Of a DNA stretch of 64,000 bases, positions 8,766-20,000 are shown one piece after another. The notes under the pieces were generated by a model, which was given only the letters and a program-made list of their open reading frames with translations, searched no databases and had not been told where the DNA came from. The position numbers and the translations under genes were made by a program. Origin of the DNA: a virus; IMG/VR virus record IMGVR_UViG_3300008120_000012, positions 1 to 64,000 of that record. One strand, 5' to 3'. The first letter of the stretch is position 1; each line of letters begins with the position of its first letter.

Positions 8766-9532
8766 AGTTAGAGAAAAGGTTACATGAAAACATCTATTAC
8801 TATACAGATGTTTTGCCAGATCATGAAAAATTTCTTAATTTAATTTTAGAGACAGATGGTAATCCAGACATACAGCCAGTAATTCCATCATGGCAAAAGT
8901 GGCTTTCTAACTCAAATGACGGCTACTCCTTTGGTGGTAAAAAAGATATGCAGCCAAACAATTTGCACCTACTTTCTGGTGAAACAAAAGAGAAGGCAGA
9001 GTACATTGTTGACTCAATATTAGGTTCAATAAAAAAGGTTGCAGAGGCTTTCATACAAGATAGAGGGCTAGACATACCAAATCCAAACCTTTCTCCTTTT
9101 GCTGGAATAATGAAATATATTCCAGGATTAGAAATGGGTGCACATTTTGATGCACAGGCTGGAGATGAAAGTCTTTGGTGGTCTATTATAGTTTATGTAA
9201 ATGATAACTATGAGGGCGGAGAACTTTCTTGGATTCTTCATGATAAAGATCTAAGAGATCCACAGTACAGCCATTTGAAGCCACACTCAGATATTAATGA
9301 CCCTAGAAATGAGGAACTTGTTGACTTTTGGATTAAGCCAGTTGCAGGATCTGCATTGATCTTTCCATCTACTTTCCCATATCGTCATCAAGTACATTTA
9401 ATGAAGTCTGGTGATAAGTATATGTTCCCTGGTTTTATTTTTAAAGATGGATATGATCCATCAGATCCAGAATCTATTGAAAAATTTAATGGTGGCTCAA
9501 AGGTGGTAAAAAAGAGTCCATATGAACAATAA
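8762..9532 (+). CDS. 2OG-Fe(II) oxygenase, prolyl hydroxylase-like (#4)
   Basis: HFD, YVNDNYEGGEL, HQV, GDKY. Confidence 0.9.
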   Translation: MKLEKRLHENIYYYTDVLPDHEKFLNLILETDGNPDIQPVIPSWQKWLSNSNDGYSFGGKKDMQPNNLHLLSGETKEKAEYIVDSILGSIKKVAEAFIQDRGLDIPNPNLSPFAGIMKYIPGLEMGAHFDAQAGDESLWWSIIVYVNDNYEGGELSWILHDKDLRDPQYSHLKPHSDINDPRNEELVDFWIKPVAGSALIFPSTFPYRHQVHLMKSGDKYMFPGFIFKDGYDPSDPESIEKFNGGSKVVKKSPYEQ

Positions 9533-10334
9533 TTTTGATTATAGTAATGATTCTTATGATATAGAATTTTTACATCCCAAGGTTTGGTTATTTAAAAATG
9601 CCTTCAAGCATAGTAAAGAAATTATTGATTACTTTGAAAAAAACCATGAATGGAGAAAATGGGAAATTTTTGGTACAGAGTCCAAAATATCAACACCAGA
9701 AAAAACATATTCTAACTTTCCGACCAAAGAAGAATGGAAAAATGATATAGTTGATCATGTTAATAATGAATATGTAACAGAATTTTTGTGGGTATTTTAT
9801 AATACAACAAAATTGTTTTGTGAAAAATTAGATATTAAAAAGGATAACTGGATTTTTACAACAACTGAAATATCAAAATATTATGAAAATATGGGTGTAT
9901 CTAATGATGGCGCTATGAACTTTCATACTGATCATGAACAAGAAAAAGAATCTGAAGAAGGAATTAAATTTGGAACTGCTTGTTTAGTTTATTTAAATGA
10001 TGACTATGAAGGCGGAGAGATTGTTTTTAGAATATCAGATGATAGTTTTAGTAAGGTAGTTGATGAATTTTCCTATAAGCCAAAAACTGGCGATGTGTTA
10101 GTTTTTCCATCAGAACATCCGTTTTATCACGCAGTAAATGCAATTAAAAATAAACAAAAATATTTAATAAGACATTGGTGGAGACATTGGTACCAAGGCA
10201 GTCAAGAATTTATAGATCTAAAGAATAAGTTTATGTTAGAAAATAATCCAGAAGACTGGGAAAAATATTTAATAGATTATCGTAGATCAAAAAGAATTAA
10301 CATAGATACTATTATAAACCAATTACAAAAATGA
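9522..10334 (+). CDS. 2OG-Fe(II) oxygenase, prolyl hydroxylase-like (#5)
   Basis: HTD, YLNDDYEGGE, HAV, QKY. Confidence 0.9.
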   Translation: MNNNFDYSNDSYDIEFLHPKVWLFKNAFKHSKEIIDYFEKNHEWRKWEIFGTESKISTPEKTYSNFPTKEEWKNDIVDHVNNEYVTEFLWVFYNTTKLFCEKLDIKKDNWIFTTTEISKYYENMGVSNDGAMNFHTDHEQEKESEEGIKFGTACLVYLNDDYEGGEIVFRISDDSFSKVVDEFSYKPKTGDVLVFPSEHPFYHAVNAIKNKQKYLIRHWWRHWYQGSQEFIDLKNKFMLENNPEDWEKYLIDYRRSKRINIDTIINQLQK

Positions 10335-11002
10335 TACTAAATAAAAAAGCCTTAGTTATTGGAGGAACCTCTAGCATATCCCATGAAATAATTGAAACAC
10401 TTAATAGCAACGGGTATTTTGTTGATTTAACTTATAATAATATAGAAAATTTTAAAAAAAGAAACATTTATTCTGATAAATATGTAAGTTGGCATTATTT
10501 AAACCTGCACGATCTTGATTGTATAAAAAATTTTATAAATACAAAAATAGAAAACTATTATTCTATTGTAGTTTTTATTTCAATGACGTCTCCTGGTAAT
10601 TTTATGGAAAATACTGAAGAAGAACTTGTTAATTTTTATGGCAAATATCTTGTTAATAATATGTTGATGTCAAAATATTTATTAAATAAAATTACTAATG
10701 ATGGTAAAATTATCTATATATCCTCTATTGCAGTTACTAAACCAGTTCCACAAATTAATTATGCAACTATAAAAGGTGCCCTACAGTCTTTTTACGTATC
10801 GCTATCAACCAATGTTAAACCAACACAGACTGTCATATCCATAATTCCAGGGCTAATATATGATACCCCCGCTTTTTATAGGTGTAGTTTGGACATGATA
10901 GACAATATAGATAACCTAGCAAAAAAACAAGAAATTGCTGATATAATAATTAACTGTAGTCCAAAAGATAATGGAACTCTCATTAGAGTAGGGAAAGACT
11001 AA
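10331..11002 (+). CDS. short-chain dehydrogenase/reductase (SDR), divergent
   Basis: ALVIGGTSSIS Rossmann start, IIYISS, YATIK (YxxxK), IIPG. Confidence 0.75.
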   Translation: MILNKKALVIGGTSSISHEIIETLNSNGYFVDLTYNNIENFKKRNIYSDKYVSWHYLNLHDLDCIKNFINTKIENYYSIVVFISMTSPGNFMENTEEELVNFYGKYLVNNMLMSKYLLNKITNDGKIIYISSIAVTKPVPQINYATIKGALQSFYVSLSTNVKPTQTVISIIPGLIYDTPAFYRCSLDMIDNIDNLAKKQEIADIIINCSPKDNGTLIRVGKD

Positions 11003-11003
11003 T

Positions 11004-11465
11004 ATGGAGCAATTAAAAGTAGAGCATAGCGACATGGTTGATGACTATATAAGTCAGGTTAAAGATAAAACTGCTAATTCTTATATGCTAACAATTGCTA
11101 GAGACGGAGAAGAGCCAGTTAGAACTATTATATTTTATGATAATGCTATAGATGCTGCATTTGCTTATAATAAATATACAGACTGGGGTTTTGCAAGAAA
11201 ATTTTTAACTGTTAAATTATATGAACCATCTGGAAAAATAAATGAAAAAGTTCTTGTTAGAGATCAGGCTGGAGAATGTACCTTTATAAGACAGGACTAT
11301 ATAGATTTTGAAAATTTATTGTTTATTTATAAAGATAAAATTGAAAAAGATGTTTATGACTCTTTAGTATTTGATGTTATGAAAATTTTTGCTAAGGATA
11401 ATTGGAGGTTTAATCCAGAAAGATTTTTATTAGCATTAGGTGTAAATAAAAGGTTAGAACTATGA
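11004..11465 (+). CDS. hypothetical protein
   Basis: 153-aa ORF tightly packed in the operon; no catalytic motif recognised. Confidence 0.6.
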   Translation: MEQLKVEHSDMVDDYISQVKDKTANSYMLTIARDGEEPVRTIIFYDNAIDAAFAYNKYTDWGFARKFLTVKLYEPSGKINEKVLVRDQAGECTFIRQDYIDFENLLFIYKDKIEKDVYDSLVFDVMKIFAKDNWRFNPERFLLALGVNKRLEL

Positions 11466-12082
11466 AATATGAGTTTTTAGAAAATAACATTGTTTACTTT
11501 GAATCTGTAATACAAAATGTTCAAGATATTATAGACACAATGGAAGGCTTATCAAATCCAGCAGTTACTGACTGGGAGGCATGGTATGCATATAATACAA
11601 CAACAAGATATGGCGATATAAAATACTTGTGCAAAAAAGAACTAATCGGTATTGAAGATAGAATTATTAAAGAAAAATCACAATTTGTTATTGAATCCTT
11701 AATTAATAATATGTGTGCTTGTATTGATAAATATGGAGAATTGTTTAATATTAATACAAATAAAATGATATTTGCTAAAGAAATTTTAAACAATGACTTC
11801 ACTAAGATTGGCATCTATAAATATTCTCAAAATGCAACCATGGGACCACATGTTGACTGGAATGATGACAATAATTATTTAGAATATACTATAGTTGTAT
11901 ATCTTAATGACGACTACGAAGGTGGAGAGTTGTACTTCAATGAATTTGATATTAAACTAAAGCCAAAGGCTGGTAGCATTGTTATGTATCCATCAGTTAA
12001 ACCATACACACACGAATCTTTAAAAGTGGTAAGTGGAAGAAAATGTTTGATTACTCATCATTGGAGAAATGATGAAATTTAA
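11462..12082 (+). CDS. 2OG-Fe(II) oxygenase, prolyl hydroxylase-like (#6)
   Basis: HVD, YLNDDYEGGELYF, HES, GRK. Confidence 0.9.
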   Translation: MKYEFLENNIVYFESVIQNVQDIIDTMEGLSNPAVTDWEAWYAYNTTTRYGDIKYLCKKELIGIEDRIIKEKSQFVIESLINNMCACIDKYGELFNINTNKMIFAKEILNNDFTKIGIYKYSQNATMGPHVDWNDDNNYLEYTIVVYLNDDYEGGELYFNEFDIKLKPKAGSIVMYPSVKPYTHESLKVVSGRKCLITHHWRNDEI

Positions 12083-12091
12083 GGAGCCACT

Positions 12092-12760
12092 ATGGAATTA
12101 AAACCAATACAATCAACAACGTTAATGGATTATGAAAGTGGTCAAAATGTTGAAGTAAAGCAGTTTCAAGTAGAAGACTTAATTTTAAATCATGAATTTG
12201 CCACACCCCACGCAGGCTTTGCCCTTAGATTCAATAACGATAAAAAAGACGGTACCTTTTTAGAAATTGGTGCATGTCATTGGAAGCAGGGTAATAATAC
12301 ATATCTTTTAGAAAAAGAATTTAATTGGAAAGGTGTTGCTATTGATATAGTGAAACATTTTGCTGACGACTATAATATAAATAGATCAAGTCACTGTATA
12401 CATGGAGATGCTTTTTCATATAATTGGGATCAGTATTTAAGTGAAAACAATTTTCCAAAAAGAATAGATTATTTGCAAATAGATGTTGATAAAACACCAG
12501 ATTGGGCAAATTTATTTGCTTTGCTTAATGTTCCATTATCTAGATACAGATTTAATACAATTACTTTGGAGCATTGTGCAAATATGGATCCAAGACTAAT
12601 GAAAATGAGAGATTTACAAAGAGAGATTTTATTTTCTTATGGATACAGAATTGTTGCTGCTGGGTATGATGAGGATTGGTGGATAGATTCGCAACTAGGA
12701 ATTAGTGAGTCAGAATTTAATTCAATTTCTTATCAAGCATGGGCTAAAAAGTTTATTTAA
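12092..12760 (+). CDS. FkbM-like SAM-dependent methyltransferase
   Basis: GTFLEIGA motif I, NNTYLLEKEFNWKGVAID, IDYLQIDVD, ITLEH. Confidence 0.75.
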   Translation: MELKPIQSTTLMDYESGQNVEVKQFQVEDLILNHEFATPHAGFALRFNNDKKDGTFLEIGACHWKQGNNTYLLEKEFNWKGVAIDIVKHFADDYNINRSSHCIHGDAFSYNWDQYLSENNFPKRIDYLQIDVDKTPDWANLFALLNVPLSRYRFNTITLEHCANMDPRLMKMRDLQREILFSYGYRIVAAGYDEDWWIDSQLGISESEFNSISYQAWAKKFI

Positions 12761-13296
12761 AAATTTTTAATAAAACTTGTGTTTTCATTACCTTTTATAA
12801 AAATAGTAAACATATATCTAGTGCCAGTTTCTACTGGAAGGACAGAATGCCAATAGTCCCATTTATGAACTATAACAGATTTTGCTTTAGGTTTTATTTT
12901 ATAATCTAATTCTGGGTAATATAGTTCCCCACCTGTAAAATTATCATTAACATAAAAAACTGCTCCAAATACAATATTTGTATTGGTGCCAGATGGATCA
13001 AAATCTTGATGCTCACTCATATACATTCCATCTTTTAGTCTTTGTAAATCAATTACTTCTAAATATGAAGTATAGTTTTTAAAATATTTCATTAGTTTTT
13101 CTTCTAAACTTCTAAAAGTTGGTATTATTTCTGTTTTAAAATTATTAATATTATAGTTTCTTCCACCAACATCTTGCCATTCATTTTCAGAAACGTGATC
13201 TATAGCATCATTTAGCAATGCAATTTCTTCATTTGTAATAAAGTTTTCCAGTTCCCAGATATAATCATGGTGTTGTATTATATTTATATTATACAT
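12757..13296 (-). CDS. 2OG-Fe(II) oxygenase, prolyl hydroxylase-like (#7)
   Basis: HQD, YVNDNFTGGELYY, HSV, GTRY; its stop overlaps the convergent gene at TTAA. Confidence 0.9.
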   Translation of the reverse strand: MYNINIIQHHDYIWELENFITNEEIALLNDAIDHVSENEWQDVGGRNYNINNFKTEIIPTFRSLEEKLMKYFKNYTSYLEVIDLQRLKDGMYMSEHQDFDPSGTNTNIVFGAVFYVNDNFTGGELYYPELDYKIKPKAKSVIVHKWDYWHSVLPVETGTRYMFTIFIKGNENTSFIKNF

Positions 13297-13321
13297 ATCT
13301 GGGAACTAGTATATCATTAGA

Positions 13322-13894
13322 TTACTTTGGAAATTTTTGCATCCATGTTTTTGTACGTGGCGTGATGCCTTTCCAGGCACTCCAATTTTTACCACCATTA
13401 CTCATGTGATACGCAATCTGAGCATTAACTACTGGATTCATTAACTCAGCAGTAAAATTTAAGCCATATTTTTCACGACGATCTGGACCAAGCATGCTTA
13501 TCATATTTATTTGGAATAGTCCAAAAGAACTGTCTCCAGTCTTAGCATTGCCATTAAAAGCCAATGGTCTGCCGTTGGACTCCTTTTTAGCAATAGCCCA
13601 AGCCTCAATAAGGTCCTTGCCCCTAAACCCAACTCCCTTTAGAAGTTCTTTAAGTTGCCTATCAGATAGATAGGTTGCATTTTGATATTTATGTAAAACG
13701 TTCATGTCCTTTTTTACCTTAAGTAATGATTTGGGCTTAGATACCAAAAAAACCGCCTTTGGGGCGGTAGATTCAGAAACAGCCTGTTTACTTAAGTTAT
13801 TTTCATCAGACAGAGCATTAGCCTTATTAGACACCAAAGTGAAAGTAAAGACAAATGCGAGTACCCCTATTAAAAATTTTTGATCATTCTTCAT
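13322..13894 (-). CDS. secreted lysozyme-like / lytic transglycosylase
   Basis: N-terminal signal peptide ending ANA; AIAKKES (catalytic Glu), GLFQIN, NPVVNAQIA, WSAW. Start ATG 13894 follows the SD aaggagg. Confidence 0.8.
   Translation of the reverse strand: MKNDQKFLIGVLAFVFTFTLVSNKANALSDENNLSKQAVSESTAPKAVFLVSKPKSLLKVKKDMNVLHKYQNATYLSDRQLKELLKGVGFRGKDLIEAWAIAKKESNGRPLAFNGNAKTGDSSFGLFQINMISMLGPDRREKYGLNFTAELMNPVVNAQIAYHMSNGGKNWSAWKGITPRTKTWMQKFPK
13746..13768 (-). terminator. intrinsic terminator-like hairpin inside the lysozyme-like CDS
   Basis: Minus strand accgcc-ccaaa-ggcggt followed by tttttt. Confidence 0.55.
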
Positions 13895-13941
13895 AGTTTC
13901 CTCCTTAGAAAACAATAACACCTTGTTAGGTGTCTATGAAT

Positions 13942-13970
13942 AGTATAACACCTAAAAATGTTATTGTCAA
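13942..13970 (-). promoter_or_regulatory. strong sigma70-type promoter for the lysozyme-like gene
   Basis: Minus strand TTGACA-17-TATACT with an extended TG. Confidence 0.75.
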
Positions 13971-14008
13971 ATGGGCTTTTTAATAAAAAACTAAAAAATC
14001 TTTTAGCA

Positions 14009-14017
14009 TGCTATAAT
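14009..14017 (+). promoter_or_regulatory. extended -10 promoter of the fibre operon
   Basis: TGCTATAAT 9 nt before ATG 14027. Confidence 0.6.
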
Positions 14018-14026
14018 AGAAACACT

Positions 14027-17000
14027 ATGGCATCAGGCTTAACTCCTATATATCTTATTCCATATCCACTCTCAAGTGATCCAGTTAACGTTCACGGAGA
14101 TGTTCAGTTATTGGCAGAACAATTAGAGGATGTATTATTTTTAAAGCCTGATAAAAATTTAAGCAATATATTTACACAATCAAATATTTTTAATGTTAAC
14201 TCTGCTACTGACGCAGTGCGAATAACTCAGTCTGGTGCTGGTAATGCCCTTGTTGTTGAGGATGCATCAAATCCAGATACCTCTGCATTTGTTATTGATA
14301 CAAATGGCAACGTAGCAATTGGAAAAACTACTGCCTCTGTAAAACTTGATGTGGTTGGTGCAGCAGCCATATCTGGAGCAGTAACGGGATTAACATTTAA
14401 TGGACTAACCCTAACTTCAGCAGCAACTGGGTTTACAATTGCTGGCGGTACTACAAGTAAAACACTTACTCTTAGTAATACTCTTACCTTAGCAGGTACA
14501 GATTCAACAACAATGACATTTCCATCTACAAGTCAAAACATTGTAGGTACTACAGCAACACAAACACTTACTAATAAATCTCTTTCTGATTCAACTACAT
14601 TTATTGTTGACGTTGCAGATGCTACAAAGAGATTACAGTTTGACATTGGTGGCACAACTAATATTACTGGTACCTTTGCAACAGCATTTACCACTGCAAA
14701 AACTGTAACATTCCAAGACGTTGCAGGTACTGTTTATGTATCAGGCGGAACAGATGTAACCTTAGCAGATGGTGGTACAAATGCATCTCTTACTGCTGTA
14801 AATGGTGGTGTAGTTTATTCAACTGCGTCTGCCCTTGCAATTTCTGCTGCTGGTAGTGCTGGTCAAATTTTAAGATCTGCAGGTGCTGCAGCCCCAACAT
14901 GGTCTACTGCAACTTATCCTGCTACAACTACTGCTAATCAAATTTTATATTCATCTGCAGCAAATACTATTGGTGAAATAACTACTGCAAATAACCAAGT
15001 TCTTGTTACAAATGGTTCTGGTGTTCCTGCATTTTCTGGTACCCTGCCTTCTGGTGTAACTGCTTCATCTCTTACTTCATTTGGCACATCTCCAACATTA
15101 ACAACACCTACAATTGATACGATAAACGTATCTGGTGCTTCAGTTGCTGCTGCTCTTTGGAATACAACTCTTACCACTGGCTCTATTTCAATGGGTGGAG
15201 CATTAACAACTGGTTCAGTAAACATTGCAAATGGCACTGCTCTTGCTGCTGGTTCAGTTAATATTGCTTCTGGTGCAGGTACTGGAAATAAGACTGTAAA
15301 TATTGGAACTTCTGCAACATCTGGAACTACTGCTATCACAATAGGATCAACCTCTGGAGCAACAAGCACCGTTGGAATTAATGGAGCAACAACAGTAACT
15401 GGAACACTTACCACAACAGGAAATGTTACAGTCGGAGGAGACTTAACTGTTAATGGAATTTTAACAAGTATTAATACTAACACTCTAACTGTTGATGATA
15501 AGAACTTAGAACTTGGTGGAGTTGTTGCTGAAGTAGTGTCCACAACTGGTACGGTTGGATCAATTACAGGAACTGGGCCTTGGACAGCAACTATAACTGG
15601 AATGACAGATACTGCTAATTTAGTAGTAGGATCTGCAATTACAGCAACAAATGGAGTGGGATCACTTGGAGCAGGCGGTACATACGTAGTTGCATCTATA
15701 GTTAGCCAAACATCAATTACTTATACCGCAACAGGAGGAACAACACCAGTTGCTGGTACTATTACAAATATTACAAGTGGTGGGCCAACTAATACAACAG
15801 CAGATGGTGGTGGTATAACATTAAAGGGAACAACAGATAAAACCATTACTTGGGATGCAGCAAATGGCAACTGGACATCAAATCAACCATGGAATATAAC
15901 TTCTGGCAATACATTTAAAATTAACAACGTATCAGTTCTTTCTAATACTTCAGTATTAGGTTTGACACCAACCATCAATGCAACAGGATATACACTTTCT
16001 GGCGGTACTACAGCAGTAGCAGTTACATTTGCTGGAGGTGCTGCTTATACTATTAGCGGTACAAATGGTCAGACTTACACATTGCCATCTTCTGGCGGTA
16101 CTGTTGCATTAAACCCAACTACAACTATTGGCGATATCATTTATGCATCAGCAACAGGAACACCTGGAACTTTAACACGTCTTGCAGGTAATACTGCTAC
16201 ACAGCCATCATTCCTAACATCAACTGGAAACGGTACTGCTAATACAACCACATCTTTTACATCCTCAACAGGTTCAGGAAACGTTGTATTGGCTACATCA
16301 CCAACTATTTCTGGTGGAAGCATTTCAGGTCTTACAACACTTGCTATTCGTGATACTTCAGCAGCATTTGACGTGACAATAGCAGCAACCTCTTCTCCAG
16401 CCTTGAGCGCAGGACGTGCTTTAACACTTAATATGCAAAATGCTGCAAGAACAATTTCTTTGGCTGGTAATATAACTGTTGGAGGTGCTTTAACTACAGC
16501 ATCGTCATTTACAACATCAGGTGCTTTTGCGTTAACACTTACTACTACAAATACAACAAATGCAACAATACCTGCAGGCACAGTAACACTTGTAGATCTT
16601 TCTACATCACAGGCTTTGACCAATAAAACAATTAGTGGTTTAACAGTTTCAACAACTACAGGAACATTAACAATACCTGCTGCTACTATCGCATTTTCTG
16701 GTGCTAATAATACAACTATTACTACAACTGGAGCAACTTCTGTTACATTGCCTACTTCAGGTACCTTGGCTGCAAACGTTACAACAACTATTGGTGATGT
16801 TATTTATGCATCTGCTACAGGTACACCAGGAACACTTGCAAGACTTGCAGGTAATACAGCAACTCAGCCAGCATTTTTAACATCAACTGGTAATGGAACT
16901 GCTAATACTACTACATCGTTTACTTCTTCAACAGGATCTGGAAATGTTGTTTTAGCAACTAGCCCAAGCATTGCTGGCGGTACTCATACAGGATTAACAT

Positions 17001-20000
17001 CACTTGGAATTAGAGATACATCTGCAGCCTTTGACGTAACTATTGCTGCTACATCATCAACAGCATTAACTGCAGGACGTACATTAACCATTGATATGGT
17101 AAACGCTGCTAGAACAATAAAATTAGCAGGAAACCTTGATATTGCAGGAACAGTAACTCATGCTGGAGCATTTACTCAAACATTTACAGCAACTGCAAAT
17201 ACAAGTTTAACACTGCCAACTAGCGGAACTTTAGCAATAAACCCAACTACTACAATTGGAGATATTATTTATGCGTCTGCTACAGGAACCCCAGGAACAC
17301 TTACACGTTTAGCAGGAAATATAACTGCTACAAAACAATTTTTGGTTCAAACTGGAAATGGCACAACATCTGCTGCGCCAGCATGGGGATCAATTGCAGA
17401 CGGGGATTTGCCATCAGCACTAACTGGAAAATCTTATAATGGTTTAACACTTACAAGCACAACTGGTACTTTTACTTTAACAAATGCTAAAACATTCTCA
17501 GTTCAAAATACTTTAACTTTGTCTGGTACTGATGGATCAACATTAAATATTGGAGCAGGAGGAACATTAGGTTCTGCAGCCTACACTGCTTCAACAGCAT
17601 ATATTTCTTCAACATTAATGACTGCTCTTGGAGATATGATTTATGGAGGAGCATCTGGAGCAGCAACAAGACTCGCAAATGCTGGAACAACCAACGGAAC
17701 TTATGTCTTACAGCAAACTGTTTCTGGTGGAGCAGCAGCAGCACCATCTTGGCTAGTAAGCACTGGCACTGGAAATAATGTTTTAGCAACTTCTCCAACA
17801 ATTACTACTCCAACTATTGATACAATCAACGTTTCAGGTGCAGCAATAGCAGCAGCACTTTGGAATACCACTTTAACAACTGGATCAATATCAATGGGTG
17901 GTGCGCTTACAACTGGCGGTATAAATATTGCTACTGGTACAGCATTTAATGGAACTGTTGCAATTGCTACAGGTGCTGGAACTGTAAATAAAACAATTAA
18001 TATTGGAACTTCTTCAACCTCTGGAACAACAGCAATTACCATAGGTTCTTCTTCTGGTGCTACAAGCACAATTGCTCTTAATGGTAATACAACAACAAGT
18101 GGTAATCTAACTGTTGGTGGAGACTTAACTGTAAACGGTACCTTAACAACTGTTAACTCAAATACAATTACTGTTGATGATAAAAATCTTGAACTTGGCT
18201 CAGTACCTTCTGCAACAGTTTCAACTACTGGCACAGTAGGTTCAATTACAGGCACAGGTCCTTGGACAGCCACAATTACTGGAATGTCATCTGTTGCTGG
18301 TCTAGTCGTTGGATCTGCTATATCCGCAACAAATGGAACTGGTTCTCTAGGCGCTGGAGGAACATATATAGTAGCGTCTATTGTAAGTAATACATCTATA
18401 ACCTATACAGCAACTGGTGGTACAACTCCAACTGCAGGAACAATAACAAATATAACTACAACTGGTGCAACAAATACAACTGCTAACGGTGGCGGTATAA
18501 CATTAAAGGGTGCTACTGATAAGAGCATAATTTGGGACAGTACAAATACAAACTGGACTTCTTCAGAGCATTGGAATCTTGCATCAAGCAAAGTTTTCAA
18601 AATTAATAACACCCAGGTTCTTTCTGCAACTGCAGTTCTTGGAATTACACCAAGCGCTCTAGCAACTGGTTTTTCAATTGCTGGAGGTACAACATCAAAG
18701 ACTTTAACTGTTTCAAATACTTTAACACTTTCTGGAACTGATGGAAGCACATTAAATATAGGTGCTGGAGGTACACTAGGATCAGCAGCATTTACTGCCT
18801 CTACAGCCTATGAGCCAGCAATTACTACTCTTGCTATATCAAAGGGTGGAACTGGAACTGGAACAGCCCCAACACAATGGGGAGTAATTTATGCAGCATC
18901 TACAACAGGATATGCTTCAACTGCTGCAGGTACTACAGGACAAGTTTTAACTGCTAATACTAGCGGTGCACCAACATGGTCAAATCAATCTTCATTGTCT
19001 GTAGGAACAGCAACTAATCTTTCTGGAACTACAGTTAACTCAATTCCTTATCAATCTGCATCTGGAACTACGTCATATATTTCTATAGGTTCAGCAAACC
19101 AGGTTCTAGCGGTTAATGGAACAGCAAATGGATATACATGGGTTTCACCATTTACTAATCCAATGACTACTCTTGGAGATATGGTTTATGGCGCTGCTTC
19201 TGGAACTTCTACAAGGCTTGCTAATGCTGGGACAACTAATGGAGTTTATATTTTACAAGAAACAGTTACTGGTGGTGCAGCAGGTGCACCTTCATGGTTA
19301 GCAACTACTGGTTCTGGCAACGTAGTACTTGCAACAAATCCATCACTTGCTGGTGCGACATTAACTGCACAACTTCAGTCTACACTTGCAAATAATACAG
19401 GAAATGGCGCAGGTCAAATTTATTTAAATGGTGCTACAGGCAATAGAATTGATTTTAATCAAAATGGTGTTGCTGGTCCATCATTTACAACCAGATCTGT
19501 TGGAACAAAAATTAATTTGTGGCCAAACGTAGGTGCGTCTACAGTTGATTTTGCAATAGGTATTGAAGCAAGCAATATGTGGTTTAGCGTTGATGGCGCT
19601 TCATCAGGATATAAGTGGTATGCAGGACAAACATTAATATCATCTCTTTCTGGTGCAGGTGCATTAACTGCAAACTCATTTGTTAAATCTGGTGGTACTT
19701 CAGCACAATACTTGATGGCAGATGGATCTGTTACAACTTCTGTAATTGCAGCAGCAGGAACTTTGACTGGAACTACTCTTGCATCAAATGTTGTATTTTC
19801 AAGCCTAACATCTTTGGGTACATTAACTTCTCTGTCAGTATCTGGATTGTCTACATTAAATTCAATTTCGGTTTCTGGAACTGCAACATTTTCTGCCTCT
19901 CCTACAGTGCCTTCCCCTACAAATAATACAGATGCAGTCAATAAGGCATATGTAGATTCAGTACTTGCAGGTGGTGTCCCTGCAATTATCCCACTTGATG

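Noticed and set aside
3639-13296. Seven repeats matching seven oxygenases
   Set aside because: Numerical coincidence; identical repeat units give no basis for one-to-one specificity.
3797-13296. Cassette as a DNA hypermodification or glycosylation locus
   Set aside because: No TET/JBP, DNA methyltransferase, nucleotide kinase or glycosyltransferase motif was recognised, and the locus sits among fibre genes. Not fully excluded, since such genes may lie outside the window.
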